DNA from: Camelus dromedarius
Lineage: Eukaryota
Length of the DNA: 64,000 nt
Direction: 5' to 3'
Assembly: GCF_036321535.1 (NCBI RefSeq)
Contig: NC_087437.1
Span: 60,142,001 to 60,206,000 of the forward strand
The notes beneath the pieces were generated by a model. That model was not told the origin of the DNA and did no database searches. It worked only from the letters and a program-made list of their open reading frames with translations. The translations under genes were made by a program, and so were the position numbers. Shown one piece after another: positions 13,001 through 26,129 of the stretch. How positions within the stretch are numbered: position 1 is the first letter of the stretch; the number at the start of each line of letters is the position of its first letter.

Positions 13001-15930
13001 ATATTTTTTCCCCCAGCAACTGCACCAAATCTAAGCATTCTCTGGAGGCTTAATTGCCATGTAAGCCTTCAACCTGATAAACGTGTTTTAAAAATAATAA
13101 TTGTGGCCAGAATGAGAATTTTGAAAAGCAGCAGCCAGCAGGTTGTAAGTCTTTGTGAAATGGTTCAGAGACTGAGAGTGGCCTGGGACAAGGATGGAGA
13201 GCCCTGTTCCCCGGGAAGAAAGTTCTACGGCACTGAGGTCTGTCATCACGCTGATGTAACACATAGGGTCACTTGTTTGAATTAATCACTTCTTCATCAA
13301 ATAATCCTCTCATGGTAACAGATCTTGGAAGAAAATGAACATTTCAACCAATTTTAATAGAGAGCAAAAGAAAAGAAAATTTACCCTAGATTCTATCTCC
13401 TCCGAATTTAACTCATTTTTCTGGGTTCCCCATATCTTACTCAGTTAAGGCTTTACAGTTAAATTGTTAAACTCCTTTTTCCCAGACATAGTCCTGAGAA
13501 AGGGGTCTTTTGGGGGTTATGTTTATTTTGGTGCAGAATTGATTTGGCAGAGTGGTGATGCTTGGTGAGTACTTTCTGGGGTCTGTCTGGCTTGGGTGGT
13601 GAAACCAGAAAGCCAGGAAGCCCCGGGGCAGGAAAGAAAACAGTGGCTGGAGAGAAATGTGTGAGGGAGCTGACCTCAAGCTGGTCTAAGCACTCAAGTT
13701 CCCAGAAGTGAATGGGGCAATGGGAGGTGCCAGCAGGATGCGCTGAGAGCCTCAATAGGGTAGGTGTGGGTAACAAAATAAAAACGTGACTTTTATGTTA
13801 ACACAACCTTCTTTGTAGCCACAGGCTGGGGCTTGGGGACACTTTGGCAGCAGAAGAAATCTTGCTTATATCCACCAGCAAGGAAAGCACATAAAAACCT
13901 CAGGAATATTTTGTCTTATTCCCTGACACTTTAAAGACGATCTTCAAGATCAAGAGGAGCTGAATAACAGCCTGTTCTCCAGGCTGACCTCCTTTCTGTT
14001 ACAATCCAGCTTCTCCAGGGTGGTGAAACACCCTGAGGATGGCACTCTCTTGGAGAAAAAATGTTGGTTCTTGAGAGAGAAACAGAGAGGACATATGATG
14101 ACAACATGTGCTATTGGTAGACACTGAGAACCACTCATCAAGGGTCCTTTCTTCAGGAGTTAATTTTTTAAAAAGAATAAACAGATGCCTATAGATGGTT
14201 ATTGTGTTTCAAAATGTTGACTTGTCACATCCTTCCAGAATAACAATTTCTCCCAAGAGAAGTATACTTAATTCAACTCAGGCTTAACTCAACTCAGTGT
14301 GAGGTTAAGAAGAGGTTTGATTGGAAGGGTACTCCCTAGAGCACCCATCATTTGCCTTGTGTCCAGGCTTGTGGGGGAGACACATCTAAAATGAATCTCC
14401 ATGGTTCCCGTCCTCATGATGCTCCCACTCTCACTGTAGAGAGAGCTAGTGTTCAGCTGGGTCAGTAAATTCAACATTTACATTAAACACTGACTGGTTC
14501 TGCCATTACAGAGACCTTCATTGTGTGCCACAAGTCAGCATGACTCGTAGCCCCCACGGATGCCTGGCGTGGACAGTCTGTTGAGGGAAGTCACTTTACA
14601 GGTGGGCAACGGAATGCATTATTCCTCCCAATAGGAAGAGGAGGGTCCGCCATGCGCCATATTTTTGGACCAGCCAGGCTACCTTGGGCTTTATGTGGAA
14701 GCATCTCCTACCTGTTCTGCAAGTGGAGACACAGACACAGACACAGACAGCTGCACTTCACCTGGGACACATGGAGCATTAGTGGTGCATAAACACCCCA
14801 GATGAGCTCTGCCATTTGGTCTGGATGAAGAAAAGCTTGGTGTGCTATAAAGGCGAGCAGCTGACCTCATTGTCTGTCCTGAAGGCCCAAGTCAGAGGGC
14901 TCACGGACGTTCGTTTGGACTGCCTCAGCGACTGAGGGGCTGCTCCAAGGGCTCAGAGGTATGCTTGCTTCTGTTTGGTTTTGGTTTTGAGGCCCTGGTC
15001 AAGTTTAAAACTTTTTGACCCAGGCAGAATTTTCTTTTTAGCTCTATGTCTCTTGCTGAGGAAGGTAAGTAGCTCCCTAGTGAGAGGAGTCAGCCAGGGA
15101 CGGTATAGGAGCGCTGCCTGGGGAGTGAGAAGGCTGGGGGCTCGAGTCTGGTCTCAGCAGGGTATCTGACCTCCCTGAACCTCAGTGTTCCCATCTGCAG
15201 GCAGAACGAGTCCTTCTGGCTTCCAGCTGAAAAAAGTTGTAATAAGAAAACTAAAGACTGTAGAATTGCCTCTTAAAAGCTTTTCACACAGAAAATCAGG
15301 TCTCTGCAAGAAAGTCTTGGCCAAGAAGAACACAAGGGAGAGAGAACCACTGGCAAGCGGGTCAAGGGGCCTTCCTGTGAACCCTGGCCCAAGATGCTCT
15401 TAAGGGACTCCTGGGCCTCCCTGACACAGTGTCCGCTGCTGCAGAGAATAACAGGCCAGTTAAAAAAGGGTGTGGGTAGCACTTCACAATTCACACACAT
15501 ATGTTATCTCCTGCGCCCTCCAGACCGCACAGACTTTTGTTGCTTCCGGAAGTTTCATCTCTTCATTTCTACCTGAATTTGGTCTTTCCCAGCCCTGCCA
15601 CTGGGCAACTCCTCAGATCCCAAGGCATTTTCTCCCAGCAGAGCACAGCATCGCCCCCACCAGGGAACGGCCCAGGCAGGAGAAAAGTCTATGAAGATGG
15701 GTCCTTTCCCTCATCAGCCCACTCCTCGCCGGCCAGCCCATCGCTGCCTCTCCTCAGAGCTTAATGGCTCAGCCTCCGTCTCGGCCTGAGCAGCCCCTTC
15801 CCACCCAGGATGAGGGCCGGCCAGGAGCTTCCTGCCGCCTCTGATCTGGGCCAGTGGGCCCGCCTCCCGCAGTGTAATTTAAGCAGAAGCTGGAGCGTCT
15901 TCCCGGCACCTTGCCTGATGCTCGGGAAGG

Positions 15931-15946
15931 GCGACCTCTAGTGTCG
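15931..15946 (-). promoter_or_regulatory. Candidate CTCF site
   Basis: - strand CGACACTAGAGGTCGC resembles the CTCF core CCACYAGRGGGCRC; sits in a small CpG-retaining patch (15700-16080). Confidence 0.5.
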
Positions 15947-16233
15947 GTTTTTGGAAGAGACTCGGTGGCTTCCTGCGGCCCAGGTCAGGCTCCCGGGAAT
16001 CTTACCGTGCTGGGGACTGAGAGGGGTGGAGCCTAGGTGGGTGTGTTAGAGAGACAGAGGGGTGGGGGGACGGATTGAGGGGACTCTTGAGCTCCAGGAA
16101 GCCCCACTGAGCACACTTAGCCTCTGATGTCTGTTCGCTGACAGAGCACATCCGTCCCTGATCTTCCTCTCTTGTGACATCCAAGACTCAGCCCACCCTT
16201 GACTCACTTGGCAGAAACAAGGTCACCTGCCTC

Positions 16234-16888
16234 TGTTACTGAACCAGACTTGGGCCTGCTCTCCTGTGCACACTAACGCCAATCTACTGACAGCAGGTTG
16301 TGGTGAAGGAAAGCGTAGCATTTACTGCAGGGCTCCAAGCAAGGAGTCCTGGAAGTTAGTACTCTAAAGACTGGAACTCCCCCATAGCTTTATGGGCAAA
16401 GTATTTAAAGACAGGGTGAGGGAGGGGACTGTGGGGGTGTGTGATCAGCTCATGGACATTCTTCTGACTGGTTGGTGGTGACACAATTAGGAGTAAACAT
16501 CATCAACCTTCTAGTTCCAACCTGCCTAGGGCTATGTGCTTGTGGGAAGCACACAGTTAACTTCTTCCAGCTGGTGGGGGTTTTAGTATCTGCAAAATAA
16601 CTCAAAGGATATGGCTTACAATATTATCTATAGCCCTTGAGGAGGAACTAAAAGTCCTTAACTTTGTTTAATGGCTAAACTATTATTATTTTGTCTTGCT
16701 TGACTCTTTTCCTTTCTTTCTGCATTTTCTCACTTCTCTGATTAAGTTTATTCTTTGGAACTCAGGGAAAACCTAGGAGGCTAAATTTTTTCTACAGACA
16801 AGAGGCAGGCAGAGGACATGGTGGGCCGGGGGGGGGGGGGCGGGGGGATCTGTTCCAAGGAGGCTCCACAGGGTTCTGCTCAGTTACA
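16234..16888 (-). mobile_element. Solo LTR, ERV1-type
   Basis: TGT...ACA termini; 4-bp TSD CCTC (16230-16233 / 16889-16892); on - a TTTAAATA box followed by an AGTAAA polyA-like signal. Confidence 0.85.
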
Positions 16889-17564
16889 CCTCAGTGACTG
16901 AAGAAAGGGAATGTGGGAAACCCATGAAGCAGTGTGTTTGGGTATGAATAAGGGCACCTGGTTGAAAGCATCAACCCTCAGGTGGCCTCCATCTGTGCCT
17001 CGGTGGTGCTGCCATGACCAATGGGCCAGTCCTGTCAGGGGGTGGGGGTGGGGAGTGTGTACGCAGGCAAATGTCAGGTGGCAGTGGGACTGCCAGCTGA
17101 CTGGCTTCCCAGGGCTCCACCACCTTCATCAATACCACCCCATTCTTTGAGATGGAAAATCCACATTTTCCCCCAATCTTCAGTAATGTGTTGCACAATT
17201 CAGATGAAAGCTCCTCTCCCCTTTCCCCTTTAAGCAGATTGCTTTACTTAAGCCCCTCCTATAAAGAATTGTAGAGCTGCCACTGGCCGCAGGATGTGAT
17301 GCCCACAGTGCTGGGAGGCAGAGGCTTTGGGAAATGAAGTGGTACAGGGATGCTTGAATGGAGAAAGCCCCATCCTCAGCATGACACCCTCTTCCACCCC
17401 AGCCTTGCAAATACATTCAGAACCTTTTGTTGCTGTTTTTTTTATGAATTATGTCTTCAGCTCTATGTAACTTTATTGAGTTTATTGAGACCCCAACTGC
17501 CACACCCACAAGGTCAAATTAAGTATTATTTGTAAATTTTGCCAAATCTCTTTCCAATCATAGG

Positions 17565-17697
17565 TAGGGTGACCACCCATCCTGATTTGCCTGGAACAGT
17601 CCTGGTTTACATCTGTCAGCCTGGCGTAACCATTCATTGTGTTCTCTTTCACTCTGAAAAGGGCCCCATTTAGATGGTAAATTACACTGTTACTCTA
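17565..17697. mobile_element. MER94-like hAT-Blackjack MITE
   Basis: Degenerate TIRs TAGGGTGACCA..tgttactcta; degenerate 8-bp TSD atcatagg / atcacaga. Confidence 0.7.
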
Positions 17698-18704
17698 ATC
17701 ACAGATAATACATGTAAGAAAACATTTAGGCACAGGATTTAGAGGATGCAAGAGATAATGCTACCAGGAATTTGATATTTAAATGGTTGTTATAATCTTG
17801 GCATAATTAGCTCTAAGCTTCCTGGCAACTGAAACAAAAGAAAAACATAGGGGTTAGGAATTTGATTCTGTCTTATGAAAGGATGCATATTATATCTTCT
17901 GGAGGCACATACTTAGCACATGTTAAATTTTAGGAGGAATTTTTCACATAAGTTGTTGTATAAGGGACACTGAGTAACATAGGGGATTATGTCTTCAGTG
18001 GTAGTTTTTGCAGAATTTTCTAAGTGGCCATTTTTTATATTGGTCTTCAAAAATGACTGTGCTTTTCCAATTGTCTCTGTGGAAAATGGAGAGAGAATAA
18101 AAATCATTTCATGGGGATTAACTGAGATAAAATATGTGCAAGTACCGAGTAAACTATAAATATCAAAACATTGTCATTTTCATTCTTATTTTCTTGTCCA
18201 AAATCTTCTTTTTATTGATAGGGAAGCCAAGGCCCAGGAAGAAGTGACATGGCTAGTTTGTAGCAAAACAGGGATTAAGACCCCTGTTTAACTCTCATTG
18301 CTAATAGAACCTCACATAGCCATTCACCAAGACATTCTGAGATTCTGTCAGGCTTCCAGCGTGGGCTGAAATGCGGGGTGGGAAGGTGATGGGAAAGGGA
18401 ATTCAGAGGCCTTTGGAGAGGTAGTGGGTGTGGCGGCCCAAATGCAGGTGCTAGAAATGATGTTTTAACTTATCATAAAGAGATGTTATTAACATAATTT
18501 ACTTTTGGAAAAAGAAAAAGCTTCTCATGGTATTTGTTTGAGTCACTCCCAGTTGAAAAGAACAAGGCACCTATTTCTTGCAAGCTAAGAAAAAGGGCTG
18601 TTCCCAGTCTGGTTTCCAGGGGCACAGCCCTTTGGGGTGAGTTCCCACAGTGGCTTTTCCAGCATTATAGCACGACTGTCTTGTCAGCTTCTCCTTCTCC
18701 CAGC

Positions 18705-18851
18705 CAGTGGGTCTCAAAGTGTGGTCCCAGACCAGCAGCATCACATCACCCAGAAACCAGTTAGACCTGCAAATTCTCGGGCCCCACCTTAGACCCACTG
18801 AATCAGAACCTGGGGGTGATTCTGTTGCACACTGAGGTTTGAGAACCACTG
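18705..18851. mobile_element. MER5A (internally deleted)
   Basis: TIRs cagtgggtctcaaa..tttgagaaccactg. Confidence 0.75.
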
Positions 18852-19936
18852 CTAAGGCTGGACTAAGCCAGATAGGGCCCTCTCTGGCTTCCAAGCAAGA
18901 AGAGAAGCAAAATTATGGCCATTCTCACCCTTGCTGCTCTCCTCATTCCCCAGGCAGGCCACTTTCCCAACTGCCGATAATCATGGACTCTTCAGTGTGG
19001 CAATCGCACCTGGATTTGCTCAAAAATGAAGTCACATGGCCTCTGTTTGATGGTTTGCCTAGCCAATGCACCTCTGGATAATAAAAACTACCTTTACCAA
19101 ATGCTTCATATGTGCCAGATTTGACAGCCCTCCAATCTGATGGCTCAATTTTGTTTTGTTTTAAAGAAAAAACACTTATCTCTGCAGCCTCTGAAACCGA
19201 GGGCTGATTTCCAGTTGGAATCAGTTAAAAATGGTCCCATCTTTTTTTTTTAAGGTTAATCAGGTCTCCAGGAAATGAAGGCTGTAGTCGTCAGGAATAC
19301 AGAATTCTGTAAAAACTAAGATTCCCTTCTAAAAGAGCTTTTCACATTTCCAAACGAGCCTCAGCAGAAATAGTCTGTCTAAACCTGAAAGAATATTGCT
19401 TCACTTTTCAAGGCATAATGAGCCTAACAGTTTTACCTTCTCACATGCACCACACCAGTGTTCTGGGTGCATACTTGATGATGAGGAAAGAGCCCTCAAC
19501 CCTCCCCACTGAGGGCTCTTCTTGACTCAGTGTAAACTGAAAAGGACATGAAAAGAATTCTGGCTGCGTGCATCTCAACTTGCCCTCTTCTGTGTCTTTC
19601 TTCCTAGTGGAGCTCTCTGGACGACTCAAGGCACTCTTCCCCAAGCTTTGTGTTGTATGCAGCATGCTGCCAGGAGAGTGGGAAGGTTGGCCACTCCGTG
19701 AGGCAGTGGGAAGCTGGAGGCTGGTAAGGCAGGCTGTGTCCCTGCGCAGGTGAGCAAGAGGGCACACCTCAGAGCTGACTTCCACTCCTCAACTAGAGAA
19801 GTCAGCACGACCCATCTGAGCTCTGGAGCAAGCTGCCTTGGCCAATAGCAAGAGAAAAAGACTCTTAAGAGAGTGGGGGACAGTAACATGGAGACAAGTC
19901 AACAGAATCAAGAACAGAAGTATCTTCCCTCCAGAA

Positions 19937-20113
19937 CACTGGTTCTCAGCCTTGAGCTGACATTAGAATCCCCTGGGAAGCTTTTAACATTTCAGAGAAC
20001 CAGGCTATACCCTAGACCAATTAAATCAGAGTCTCTGGGAGTAGTACCCAGGCAGCAGCATTTTTTAAAGCTCCCTGGGTGGTTCCAAAGTGCAACCAGG
20101 GTTGAGAACCATC
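19937..20113. mobile_element. MER5A1-like MITE
   Basis: ggttctcagccttg..attagaatcccctggg..gggttgagaacca. Confidence 0.7.
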
Positions 20114-23100
20114 TCTCTAGCATTCACTTCCTCCAGCAACTGCTATTTTGCTGCCTTCTCTCAGGGCATGGCCCCCTTCTCATTTGTCTTGCTTGTATTT
20201 CTTCATTCTTCTGGACTTGAGGACCTTAATGTAGTCTCAGGGGCATCTTATGCTAAGTGCAAGTTTAATCTGAATTTCCTTTTTTCAGGACCCCTTATTT
20301 CCCTTTGGATCTTGTATCTTTATCACACACTGAGCTGGAGTCCCAGAAGAAATGATTGGTTTTATAATTCAGCATTGAGATATACAGACAGATTTATCAT
20401 TTGACTTTGAAATTCTAGTCACCTCTGAATGAATATGATGAACAAATGAGCCTCTCCATGACAGAGCTTCATGGTAGCAGTTAGAGTCTCAACAATAGGA
20501 TAGACTCTTAATTTTACTGGACAAACATAGTGATGCTTTCAAAAGTGTGTCACCAGGGACCCTTCCAAACAGCCATGTTAACGTTTGCCAACTCATGATC
20601 ACAAGGTCTACCTTCCTCTCCCTTGCCCAGCATGGTGGGGGTCTTACCTCCTTTACAAGTCCCCTCCTTCCTTACTGACTACAAAACCCTTCTTGGAAGG
20701 GGGCTTGGGTTGAACTTGTATGCAAAGTAAAGCCTGTGATTTTGGAGTCTTAAGGAACCTGGATGTGGCAGTCTCCAGTTTTTACCTAACGAACACTCCC
20801 CATCTTATTTCTTGCAGTGCAGCTCTTTTTAAGCACTAAAGCCTCTTAAAAATTCTGAAACAGGTTCCCCTACTCCCTCCCAACCTGCCCATCCTCTCCA
20901 GCACACAGATTCATCATACTTTTGTCAGGATCTGGAATATCATGGACCATGAGAAGAGCAGAAATACACTGCAGGTTGGGAACCAAGTAAGCATATGTAA
21001 TCTCTCCCCCTCCCCTTTACTCTCCTCTGTTGTCTGGGGACACCTTAGCTAAGTACCATCCCCAAGCTGTTTTCAGTGAAAAAAAACAGCTGTGTCATTT
21101 CAGGGAGGGACTATAATTTGAATTTGTTAAATGTCTATTCAGCCTATTTATATTACTCTTCCTAATCTTTTATAACTTTCCATAAAAGTTGGGTTTTCCA
21201 TTTTCATCCCTAGGCTAGATGGACTTACTCTGGGCACCCCTCCATCCAGGGGCCAGGAAGAAAGCCTCTCCTATTCTCAGAACAGGTTAAGTCATGAAGA
21301 TCCTGGCCCGAGCCCAGTTTCCCCAGAAAACGGAGCCTGAGACAAAGCTTGTGTGCTAAATCTCTATTGGAGGAAGGGATTGCTTCCAAGAAGGTAAGAG
21401 GGAAAGGGATGTGAGGAGACAGAGCAAATACAAAGGAGCTCATTGCCAAACAGGCCTCAGCTTCTTAAGCAAACACAGCTGGTTGCTCAGGGAACTGCTT
21501 CATCCAGGGGGCTGGGATATAAGACTGGCTAAGCAAGAACTGACTTGGGGGCACCTTCTCAGGGTGATGGATCACATCCTGGCAAGGACCCCAGGTGATG
21601 AGGCAAACTCTAGGGTGGCTCCTACAAGCCTGGAGAAAGTGCTAGCTGATGCTCAGTGCTGAAGTGGAAGTGCCTGGGTCACCCTGGCTGATAGTAGACG
21701 GAATAAAAAGGCTGAGGAAAGTGAGCAACTGGAATAGATATGTAGTGTCAGGCCAGGAGATCCACAAGGGAGTACGTTTCATGAGGGCTTCTTTTGGAGC
21801 AGGGAAGGGGAGAGAAATGTAATTTTAATCTTATTTAACTAGTAATTTTTATTGTTTAAATTTCCTAGAATAAGCTCTCAGTATTAAAGCGAGCAGGTCA
21901 TCAAGAGTTCCTCCCTTGGTGGGTTTTCCCAGATGCACAGTGCAGCTTCTGCAAGAAGATAGACCACCGTTAGGAGCTGAACTTTCCAAACCCAAAGACA
22001 GGGGCCCAGGAACAGTCAACTCTTTGCAGAGGTGTGACATAGCAGAAGTGGGGACAGGCCTGATGTCAATTCAGCAAACATGTGTACAGCATCACCTCTG
22101 TGCCAGGCCCTGTGCCAGGCATCAAGGATGCAGAGATTAATCCAACCTGGTCCCTGAGGTCCCGGAGCTCCGAGCTCAATAATTAAGACCTAGCCATGGA
22201 AGACTTCAAGCCTGGGTAGAGATCTTCTCTCTGGGCCTCTCTCAGAATTGGGGGGTGTTGATATTTACTCACCCCTGGAAAGGGTTGACTTTGAGTTGTT
22301 TTCCTAGTTACAGAAAAACCCTCTGATCCACCGCATACGTTGGTGAGATTAGGCTGGATCAGCTTGTCCCTAAGCCTGCAGGGCCCTATGTGTGAACCAG
22401 CAGTTAGAGGGGCTGCTGACCACTTCCCAGCTGGCAGCCTTCAAGGGAAATCTATGAAAGAAACACACTTCAGTGTGGGACATATTTTCTCCTGGATTTC
22501 TCTGGGTTTCTGCCACCTTGGAAATGAAAAACAGAAATAACTGGCAATGAATGGCTGAACAAAATTCCACTGGACCAAGAGGAGATTCTTGTTGCGTTGC
22601 CAAGTGCCCAGCATACTGCCTGCATGTGATGGACTCTCAGTTACTGTCACTGAATGAGGTTAGATTGTTATTTGGATGCATCTGAGAAATTGCACAGAGT
22701 ACCATTTTTCTTATTGTTTTAATTATGAAAATACTAAATGCACTGACAACAAACTCAGACAGTATAAAGTAAAACCTGCTCCCCACCATCAACGCCTGCT
22801 CTTACTAATCAGAGATAATCACTCATAATAGTTTCCTGTAATTCCTTCTGGGAAAGTTTTTAGTGAATGTAAGCATCACACACGCATACACCCACACCCA
22901 CACCCACACACAGCTGGTAACACTACACATTGATCCTTAATTTACTTTTCTCACTTAAAAATACATATTGAAGATCTTTCATACCAGCCTAACCTATTTA
23001 ATGTGTGCAAAATATGTTTCAGTGTGAGTGTAGCATAATTGAGTTACCCATTCACCGTTGGGTGGATGTTTATATTGTATGCAGCCTTTTGATTTTACGG

Positions 23101-23239
23101 TGTCATAGTGAGCATAATCATGCATACGCCATTGGCCACTTCTGCAAATAACTCTAGATGATTCATTACTAGAAGTGGAATTGCTGAGTTGAATTTTGAA
23201 GAATATTGCCAACTTGCTCTCTCCCTCAAATTTATTTGA

Positions 23240-23925
23240 AACAACTAGTGTATGGACCTGCCAATTTCCCTACCTCCCTGGAACCCAGGCAGAAGGACCC
23301 CTGCCATGAGCCCCAAGTTGTAGAAACCTTCATTCTGGTTCTTCCCTGGGGTTGCCCTTCCCACAGGGCATGGGCTCTGTGGGGTCAAGGGGATGTGCCC
23401 ACCTAGAGCCTGCACCCTCCCCTCCTTGACCATGCTCTGGTACCAGGAACCCTAGAATTTCCTTCCCAAAGAGCCTGACGCCTACCTCTGGGGTCTGCAT
23501 AGGCCTCTTCCCACACGCATCTTCCAGAATGAGCTGATAAACTCATCCCTAGGCCCTAAGGAGGTCAAGGGGCAACCATATATGGTGTAGAGGGAGATTG
23601 GATGTGTGGGCTGGGTGTACACACACACACATAGGCATAAGGCACCTCACAGTGGAGGATGGAGCTGGGGTGGGAAAAGAAGGGGCAGCTATGGACTAGG
23701 GGCTGGGAGCTGTCTCTGGTGCAGAAATCTGAGGCGTGTAAGAAGTCTTAAACTTGAACCTGGCCTTCCAGATTGTGATTGAGAAATATTTGTGAAGGTA
23801 AGAGAAAAAACACATTTTATTTAATAATTTGCTTGATTTATAACCTTTGAGTATTCAATAACATGATATGTGGGTATGTATTTGTATTGTTGCCTAACCC
23901 TGCAAATGTTAAGGGTGGGTCATTT
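23240..23925. mobile_element. MER45-like hAT-Tip100 element splitting an old L1
   Basis: End ..ccctgcaaatgttaagggtggg; flanked on both sides by - strand L1ME-like sequence. Confidence 0.45.
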
Positions 23926-24342
23926 CCAGGTTTTTAATCTCTGCTAATCTGTTGGGGGGGCAAATGGTATAAGTAAGTGTGATAGGCATGTCTTTAAAAT
24001 TAGTAATGTTGAGCACATTTACATGTTTCTCATTTTTCTTTGTGCACTGTCTTTTTATATCTTTCTTTTAATCTTTGTCTTATTTGTAAATGTTCTTTTC
24101 TGTATTAAGCTAATTAGATCTTTGTGACTTGTATTGCATATGTGTTCTCCTCTCTTTTTGTCATTTATCTTTTGATTTTGTTTAGGGAATTTCCTCTTTT
24201 TTTTTTTTTTTTTGCCAGTGTTTAAACATTTTCTGCTTTCAAACATATCTGTCATTTTTCTTCTCTGTTTTCATTCTTTTTTAATGGCTGTTGTGTACAT
24301 GCTATTTATACCTTTTTCTAAAACCTATCTTACTCAAAGATC

Positions 24343-25161
<819 letters not shown>

Positions 25162-25264
25162 CTAAGATAATTAAACAAAACAAAACAAAAAGCTACCTAT
25201 GCTTCCCCCGCCACTGCACATTTTGGACACATATACTACCTCTTGAGCCAGTCAAAGGTCAGCT

Positions 25265-25850
25265 TCAGAGAGAGAAGAAAGGAAGAACAGAAAGAAATAT
25301 TTGAAGAAATAATGGCAACCTTTTTCTAGATTTGATAAAAACTATAAACTCACAGATCCAAGAAGTTCAGTAACCCCCAAAGCATAAGAAACATGAAGAA
25401 AACCACACCAAGGAGCATCATAATCAAATTGCTCAAAATCAATGATAAAGAGAAAATCTTAAAAGTGGCCAAAGGGAGAAAAAACGTGGCCAAAGGGAGA
25501 ATGTCTAGAGGAACAAAAACAAGAATGAAAGCAGATTTTCCACTTGAAAAAAATGCAAGCAAGACAGCAAGGGAGCAGCATCTTTAAAGCATGGCACGCA
25601 CACACACAAATCAAACCAGTTAACTAGAATTCCATAACCAGCACAGCATCCTTCTTAAACAGAGATGAAATAAAGGCTTTGTTTTCAGACACACAAAAGC
25701 TGAAGGAATTCAACACAGGCAGACCTGAGATACAGGCAAGGTTAAAAGAGGTCCTTTATGCAGAAAGAAAATGATATAAGGTGGAAATGTGGATCCACAC
25801 GTGGGAATGAAAAGCAACTACAGGGGTATATGTATAAAATCTTTTTCCTT
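25265..25850 (+). mobile_element. L1 ORF1 fragment
   Basis: The ORF-track peptide KKTTPRSIIIKLLKINDKEKILK is an L1 ORF1p motif. Confidence 0.8.
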
Positions 25851-26129
25851 ATTATCTTGTTTTTTTCTGTCTCTTTTTCTCACATAGGGAATTACAGAAT
25901 CCCAGCTCTCCGGGAGATGAGTGGCTTCCAGTAAGTGAAATGTTGGCCCAGCTGCCTGAGTTCCATTTGCAGAATTGGAAAGAACCTGGAGGCAGGAACA
26001 GCTCAAAAACCCTGAGTGAAGGTGGAAGGTCCCAGACCAGATGGTGTGAACTGCTTACTGGGGCTCAAGGCAGCACAGTCAGACATATCAGGCTGAAGGT
26101 TTAATTGTTCCTTGATTTTCACTCTGTGA

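Noticed and set aside
25465..25501. 16-bp direct repeat gtggccaaagggagaa
   Set aside because: Local duplication within an L1 ORF1 relic; only two copies, not an array.
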